64,000 bases of DNA. Source: Octopus vulgaris (lineage: Eukaryota). The translations under genes were made by a program, and so were the position numbers. The stretch spans positions 64,604,001-64,668,000 of the forward strand of contig OX597820.1 of assembly GCA_951406725.2 (NCBI GenBank). The letters run 5' to 3'. This document shows positions 56,332 through 64,000 of this stretch, in pieces. Each line of letters opens with the position of its first letter. Within the stretch, counting starts at the first letter, position 1. A model generated the notes under the pieces. That model did not search any database and was not told where the DNA came from. It saw nothing but the letters and a program-made list of their open reading frames with translations.

Positions 56332-56920
56332 ATGGTAATTCTAAGAATAGGTTGCATAAATGTTCGTAGCAGCGTAGTAAATGTATCACCTGCTTAAATT
56401 TCGGTCACTATGTCTGGATGTAGTAGCCATTAGTGAAACAAGTATTTCCAAAACACAATAGCTTGTTCTTAGCCTGGACGACTACGAGGTTTATACGTCC
56501 TCTGGTTGGCCTGGATGAAATGGTGTTGCGGTGCTCTTTCAGAAAGGCCTTGACTTGAAGGTGAATACGGTTTTCCTCGACTCAGTCGGTAGCACGGTGG
56601 TCTTGGACTTAAGCAGCAAAGAAGGTAACCGTGGAGCATTCAGATTAGTGGAAGTCTATGCTCTAAAAGTAGCTGGACGACCAGATTTATTTAGACGTTA
56701 TGAGACCTTCCTTGGGACATCTCGCTCATTAGTGTTAGTGGGCAACTGAAACCGGATCTTTAACACAAGCAAAGACTATGAAGATGCAGCAGATAGGAGA
56801 ATGGGTTCCAAACGCCTCCTCAGGCTTTTCCAACTCTATAACAGGCTCTCCTCGATCATCCGAAAAGAACACACTGGCGGGGATGTTACAGGTCATACTC
56901 TGATAGGGTTATTCTTAGGC
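56332..56920 (+). mobile_element. L1/Tx1-type LINE ORF2 apurinic-like endonuclease relic
   Basis: MVILRIGCINVRS...LDVVAISET...GVAVLFQKGLDL...FRLVEVYA...LVLVGN*N correspond to APE motifs NVRG, D(I/V)xxxQET, GVA, VYAP and GDFN. Confidence 0.8.
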
Positions 56921-56923
56921 TAG

Positions 56924-57194
56924 CAGACTTACTCCCCGGCAATCAACCGGCCGCATAACTCGGCGCACTCGTGCACTCGACCGAGAACTCTTGAAAGTAA
57001 AATCGCCGCTTCGTTCCTCGTCGATAACACACGGACACACACACACTCGTGGTCTTCGTCGTACTCAGACTTACTCCCTGACAATCAATCGGCAGCATAA
57101 CTCGGCGCACTCGTGCACTCGACCGAGAACTCTTGAAAGTAAAATCGCCGCTTCGTGCCTCATCGATAACAGACGGACACACACACACTTGTGG
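56924..57194. repeat. GC/CpG-rich tandem repeat, 142-bp period, ~1.9 copies
   Basis: cagacttactccc...gcataactcggcgcactcgtgcactcgaccgagaactcttgaaagtaaaatcgccgcttcgt starts at 56924 and again at 57066. Confidence 0.9.
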
Positions 57195-57710
57195 CATAAT
57201 ATGAGTCGCTTTTTCAGATCATTGGCTATTGAATTCACAAATTAGGGATTTTTACTGTCAGTTTAGGAAAAACAATCAGACTCGGATTCGGTTACTAGAA
57301 GATGAACGAGTTCTTCTCGGCTCGGGAAGATTTTAGGGACCTGATTAGTAGACTACTTTTCAAATTTATGTTTCACCACATTTGTGTTTCCCATTCACTT
57401 CATCTCTCTGGCTCACTCTGGCTTTTTCTCGATATTCTCAATTTTTTTGGTATCCTCACCATTATCTTATGCTACTGCAAAATCTATGATATTGCATCAT
57501 CTTTGTTTTTACATTGAAATTTTGTTTTATCTCCTTGCTGCTAATGTATGGCTAGTCTTCACGGAGAAATGTCATAAAGTCCTGTTGTTATTCAGAACAC
57601 CTGCCTCGTCTGGACAACCTGAGCCGCTGGACAACAGGTTGTTGTCTCCTCCTACAGAGTTAGCCAGAGCAAGTGAAGTCTAGAGGTCTGAGAAATGAAA
57701 TTACAACACG

Positions 57711-57897
<187 letters not shown>

Positions 57898-58577
57898 TGA
57901 ACAGTAACTAACTCACGTATATATGCCTATATATTACACACGTTTATATGCTTATGGTATATGTGTATGCGTGTTTCTGTTTGTATGTGTGTATGTGTGT
58001 ATGTGTTTGTGTTTGTGTGTGTGTATGTGTGTGTGTGTGTGTATTTGCGGACAGACAGGTATACTCGTAAGCAGGCAGGCAAATAATCATATATTCAAGA
58101 TTTATTGGGTCATTACGTTCCTTTCTCAACAATGAACCAACATTGTCTTCTTTTCCCCGATGACATAACATAAGGACATAAATTCGAGACGTACTAAATG
58201 GGTTTTATTTTTTTTTTTTCCTCTAAGTATGTTGCTGACGTGAAATCTTCTCCGTTGTTTTCCGTATAGTTACATGACACAGCGTGTTATCAATGTTTCT
58301 CTCTTTTATTTTATTTTATTTTATTTTATTTTTTTCACTTTCTTGCACTTTCTGTCTTTAATTATATTTATTAACTCTCTTTTTTCTCGTCATCCTTTTC
58401 TTCTCTCTGTTTCTCCTTTCTTAACTTTACGACTAATTTCTTTTCTTATTTCCGTTTTGTACCCCCCATAAACATATAAACACATCCACCGAACTCAAAT
58501 TCGTAATAATGTAATAATGTAATAATCATATATATACGCATACATTCATACATATATATATATACACACATGCATAA

Positions 58578-58646
<69 letters not shown>

Positions 58647-58739
58647 CACATACAGACACATACATATATATGCACATCTAACTATCTATCTCTCTTTCTC
58701 TCCCCGCGTTCTCTCTCTTTCACTAAACGATGATGATGA

Positions 58740-58789
<50 letters not shown>

Positions 58790-60430
58790 AGTGACAGACA
58801 GAGTTACTCGTTGACACAGTGATACAAATGTGCGGTCACGTACAGATTGATATATGCACGTACATATACTTATGTGGCACATCTTTCTTTCTCTTCCTGA
58901 TAGGTTATGTATTTCATTATCTCACTCCCTATATCTAGCTAAGTAATCTATCTTATCCCTTCCTCCATCTTTCACGCTCTCTACCTATCTATTAATAATT
59001 TCTTGAAGCATCTGTAAGACTAATCATCCATTGTTAAAATTCTGCTGGTTGATTACAACAAAGACGATTTTTTTCCCCTTTCTATTGTTTGTCTATGTAT
59101 ATTATACAAGTATGAGCTGAAAATAAATCATTAATTAAATAAATAAACGAATGAATAAGTGAATAAATAAATAAATAGCAAAATATTGATCATGTGTCGT
59201 CGCTAGCCGATTAGAGATGTTGACACATTATCAGCATTTTCAATTTTTGAGTCTACCATTCTTCTATAACCCTTTGCATAATCAACTGAATTAAATGAAC
59301 CAGCCAGCCTGTGTATCAGTACTTTACGTGCACAAAATAGCAGGTCAACCTTATACGTTTCACCGTACCCACAATGCCAGATATTTTTTTAGGAGAGGTT
59401 TAAGAACATGTAACGATTATATAGTCATGATGTTTATTTCTGGTATTAATTTTTTTTTTTTCGTTTCAGATAGACCAGTGGCAAAAACAAGCGAGTTATT
59501 TGGGCTCAGAAATGTCCGTTAAATGATATACTCTTTGTAGTTATTTCGGTATCATATTCTTTCTATTATATCACAATTTAAAATTATGGAAAAAGCAATT
59601 TGATTTAGCGTATATACAAAGATATAATCAGATACTCCATATAATCGAGATCGTATGTGACTTTCATTTGTTGAATCTGGTTGCACGATAAAGCTTATAT
59701 TAGGTGTCTGAGTTCGATACAATTTAACTGAAAATTTCCGTTGCAACGAAGCATAGGAATTATAGGTTCAATAACTGATGTTAGTTAAATCAGACCACGG
59801 CTAATAATTGACAACTTATAACTTAACTAAACTTAACTCTGGGGTTTTCATAACTTTGATAGTCCACAATATACATACGAGTGATAACCTGAAATTATTT
59901 AAAATGTATTTTTATGCATACGTATTGTCCGTGGTTGAAAAAAAAAACTGAGTGTGTATACTACAAGCCTATTATATGTAGGTCTAGAGCAAGCGTTTAA
60001 TACATTTTAATAATTTTCTCTAATTAAAAACGTTGTCGCGAAGGATTTAGCAGGACTTTGAAGACCTATGAAACCGAAGTGATTAACGTTCAGGCTTATG
60101 GTTTGGTATTTTGTAGGTGTTCTAAGGATATTTTGGTGGGAAATGCCAGATGAAATTTAAGTGTACGATGTGAAGTGGACACAATATCTATAAAGACAGT
60201 AGAAGAGAGGTATTAGAATGGTGGCTCAGAATGAGAGTAGCGGTTGAAGAGTAGCAGTCACAGTCGTAGGATTTAAAAAATATAAAGTGAGTAGACGACA
60301 CGTTTGTTGGTTACAGATTAGAACAGGTTCAAGAGGGAGTCATAACAATCAATTGGCACGCGTATTTATTTATTTATGTATTTATTTATTTACTTACTTA
60401 TATATTTATGGGATTCCCCTGGGATTTCCT

Positions 60431-60955
60431 TATTACCTCCACCTTACTGAAGGCAGAGGTATTGTTTCCAGTCGCATTTGTTTGCTTGTTTGTCCGTGGA
60501 CAAGATATCGCAGGAACCGCTGGATGGATTAAGATGAAACTTTTAAGGATGTTTGGCCTCGTGACTGACACGGACTGATTAGATTTGGGGATCGATCCGG
60601 GACTGGACAAGGATTCTGGATTATTTGTTATATTTACTTTACAAGGTTACGATCTTACGTTAACTTTCAAGTCTTTCTGAATTATCTCCATTTAGGCTCT
60701 AACTATTTTGAATGGTGAATTTGTTTTCTTTAGCTTGTATAAGATAAGGAGAAACTATTCATTACTATTGCTAAATTTTCTACAACCCGCTTAACATTCC
60801 ATGACTGCCGGACAAAGTTTCTGGATTATTTTTCCAGATTTTTTACAAAATTTTTGAGAGCGGTCGGGTTCATTTTAAAAATCACCCCCGACTAATCGTT
60901 GAGAGGACGTTAGTATTGCCTTGGTGGAGGTTTTCTCCCTTTTAGTGCTCTTGTT
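60431..60955 (+). mobile_element. Helentron-associated interspersed element (HINE/DINE-1-like)
   Basis: 5' tattacctccacc...ggcagaggt hairpin, (GTTT/GTCC) microsatellite, ggatggattaagatgaaactttt core, 3' subterminal inverted repeat ggtggaggt, ending ...agtgctcttgtt. Confidence 0.75.
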
Positions 60956-63292
60956 CTAAATACTCCAGATCATTTTAAAGTATTTCTCTAGAATAGGTGC
61001 ATTAAAGTTGGTAAAATTTACTCCAGTTTCTCATAGACTTGGCGTTGATTGTGATTTATTACTGCGGTAGCGGATAGGATGCTGAAGAAAGTGAAAATTG
61101 CAAATAGCTCGACTGGTCATTTAGGATGTTTGAAAGAGTTAAGTTTTATCTAACATGATTCTTTGAATTTAACGAGGAAGGGGATTATATCCCAATATTT
61201 AATGAGGGTTTACATTGGAGGACGGTTGAATCACTAGTGCTGTAGATAAACTAGCTAGCCTTCTTTCGATTCAATGTTCAAATCCTACACGGGTTGATGT
61301 CTATCATCCATCTTCGATAGTATCAGAAAATAGATATTAGTGAAGTCAGGTTTTGGAGTATGATTACATCAATATCAGTTTCTCACAAAACTGTGGGCCC
61401 TATACCATATTTACAAAGCACTATTTCAAATGATATTTTAAGTTCTTATCTCATATACTTCGAGTTCCAAATTCTCATTTACTTATGATGCTCTGATGAC
61501 TTCATGTAACCATAGGTCATCACTAATCAAGCAAGCCTATCATCAAAGGTTGATATTTACATCCAATTTTGAGGTATGTAATATGATATTACCTAAAGTT
61601 TCCTACTTTTATCTAACATGTAGAGTGTAGTTTCAATTGCTATTCCTACTCGGCAGAATACCTGCATGCACGCACTCTTGTCAGCTTGTTCCCTTTTCAG
61701 GTTTTGTTTTTTCACTGCGCTTCAAAAAAGGGAGACGATGCCTATGACTTTTTCCAGAAACTACAACACCAGTAAGATCGACGGGATTAATGCTCCTCTT
61801 AAACAGCTACAAGTCGACGATTTCAGGAGGAACATAGGCAAGCAACCCAGACAACTTTGAAACTGAAGGTACAGACATAATTGTTAGGGTTAAACTGTAT
61901 GTGACTTAATATAGATAACGAGAGAGGGAAGATGAATGAGATAAGAATGAAATATGAATAAATGGGAGGAGTGATAATATCAACCTGCAAGAAATAAAAT
62001 CAACAACAGAAATGTAGATATACCGTATGATAACTCTATGATATGTATATTTGCAATGTGTAATATCATGCCCACAAAATGTATGGCTTTCTGTCCGAAT
62101 TAGAAATGATTGTTTGAACAGGGTACAGTAACTTTCCAATTCTCCCATCCTATCAATGAATCACGTTTTCCTCTACTGATTACATTATTAGTAGAAATTT
62201 GCGAAAACAATATTATCGATCACATATGAACAGAGATAACTATTGATATTAATAAGAAGAAAAACATTAATAGCTTTGTTTGATTAGAAACTTATAAACT
62301 GCTGACTGATTATTTGACTTGTGGTTTCGATACCCATCATCGATCGCAAATGTGTCTGTTAACGGAGAAGAGAGACATTTACTAAAGGAACTTCATTTGG
62401 TATGGCTTCACAGAATGGTCAATCAAATTATGGAACTATTTTCAGGACTAATTCTTTTCAAGACATCGTGTATGATGTTTCCTTGAGCAAGCCATAGACG
62501 CAATTTGTAGATATGGGAGGGGAAAATGTGGAAATGGAGTTTCCCGTTGATGAACATAATACTAGGGTAGGGTTTCCTAATTATGATATCTATATTTACT
62601 GTTGTTTGAGTGAGAGAGATACAGACATTTCGACTGTAGTTATTTAACATTTCTTTATTCTATAATAGTATTAATACAACTTCAACCACTACAGTATCTT
62701 GTGTACCAGATATCTGGTGTCTTGTTCTGTGCACAAAACTAAGGAATTCATAAATAAGTCAATGAGAGAGCATTGATCCAGTCCCTTAGACTTGTCGAAA
62801 TAACAACCAAATCTCTCTTAAAGCTACACTCTAACGTCTTAAAAGAGAAGGCAGAAGATATTGGATAATGAAGACGTGAATACATTACGGTTTAAAACCT
62901 AAAGAAATGACGGTGATGCCTTCGTAGTTACTTTTGATCATTGGTCTTAGTTTACTATTTGCAAAGCAGAAAAGGAGATTGCTTCACTGCATTAACAGAA
63001 CAGGAAATTTTATAAAAGAAGCAGAGCAATATTTTCGGTTGAATTGACTTAAAGTATATGAAGCGTTTGAGTGATAGACAGAGCAATATATATAATTTAC
63101 GACTGAGGTATATCCTTTTCCCCTCAGCTCTGACATCCGTTTTGCTAACGAGTGCATTCTGGATGACAGATAATAATCAACTGGATGAAATGGAAAGGAA
63201 GAGTGAAGATGACATATTTGTGGAGAGTCCTACTATGCAGCAGCTCGTACAAAAGTTTTCTTTAAATTATATTAAAATGCCATATAGACATA

Positions 63293-63439
63293 CAGTTCTA
63301 TATCTAAGAGATTAGGAATTGTGTACATTATTTACAATATTTACATTCGACAGATATTTGTCCACTAACCCCAAGATTCCGAGTTCGATTCCAAGCAGTG
63401 ACCTGAACAACAACAACAACAATAATAATAATAATAATG

Positions 63440-63518
<79 letters not shown>

Positions 63519-63631
63519 CAACATCGAAAAATACCTTAGGAATGAGAACCCAGGTTCGAAATTTCCCCAATACACCTGAAGAAGATGAGGATAAATATCC
63601 GTCGAATGTAAATAACGTAAATAACGTCCAT
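63293..63631. mobile_element. Inverted-repeat element enclosing (AAC/AAT)n; probable Penelope-like pseudo-LTR derivative
   Basis: 43-bp arms 63321-63363 and 63589-63631; interior has a B-box-like gagttcgattcc, a microsatellite and an orphan CTGAAGA at 63576-63582. Confidence 0.6.
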
Positions 63632-64000
63632 ATAGACATATTTTAAAACTGCTAATTTCCTATGAGTTTATATTGTTTTTCAGTATATTGTATAATATGT
63701 TTACCCTTCCTTCATTGTTTACATATATACTTTTGTATCGTTTACCGAAGCATATTTTAAAATTAACTCTGTGTCCATCGTTTGTTTACGAATGTATAAG
63801 TTTTGGAGGCAAGCTTTCAGAATCAGTAGACATATTTTTGCCTTCCTCATCCATACATAATGTGCAGTTACTTAATGTATTCCTCTTCATTATATCCTTT
63901 TCCTCGTTTCTGGAGGTGAGGCCCTGACGTTGTGCCATTTTTCAAGAAAACGTCTTCTTGGAGTCATGCCAGTTTCTGTAAATGTTCAAATCTCTCTTTG

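Overview
This is AT-rich, microsatellite-dense eukaryotic intronic or intergenic DNA. The repeat landscape (three tRNA-derived SINE families, Penelope-like, RTE, R4/Dong and Tx1-type retroelements, Tc1/mariner relics, a HINE/DINE-like element) suggests a coleoid cephalopod such as Octopus; that taxon call is inference. No intact host protein-coding gene can be supported, and almost all ORFs in the track are translations of simple repeats. All transposon coding remnants are broken by stops or frameshifts. The most notable structure is a 448-bp element at 28133-28580. It is a ~408-nt fold-back palindrome with a minimal type-I hammerhead ribozyme at its apex, a 40-nt unpaired tail and a perfect 12-bp flanking direct repeat (TATGTAATGGCT). 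Four other palindromes of apparently unrelated sequence share parts of this architecture (22120-22339, 24482-24745, 39173-39309, 63321-63631). They co-occur with Penelope-like RT/GIY-YIG relics and hammerhead-bearing pseudo-LTRs. Together these suggest a class of non-autonomous hairpin/ribozyme retroelements mobilised by Penelope-like elements. All alignments and translations were done by eye; no database searches were run.
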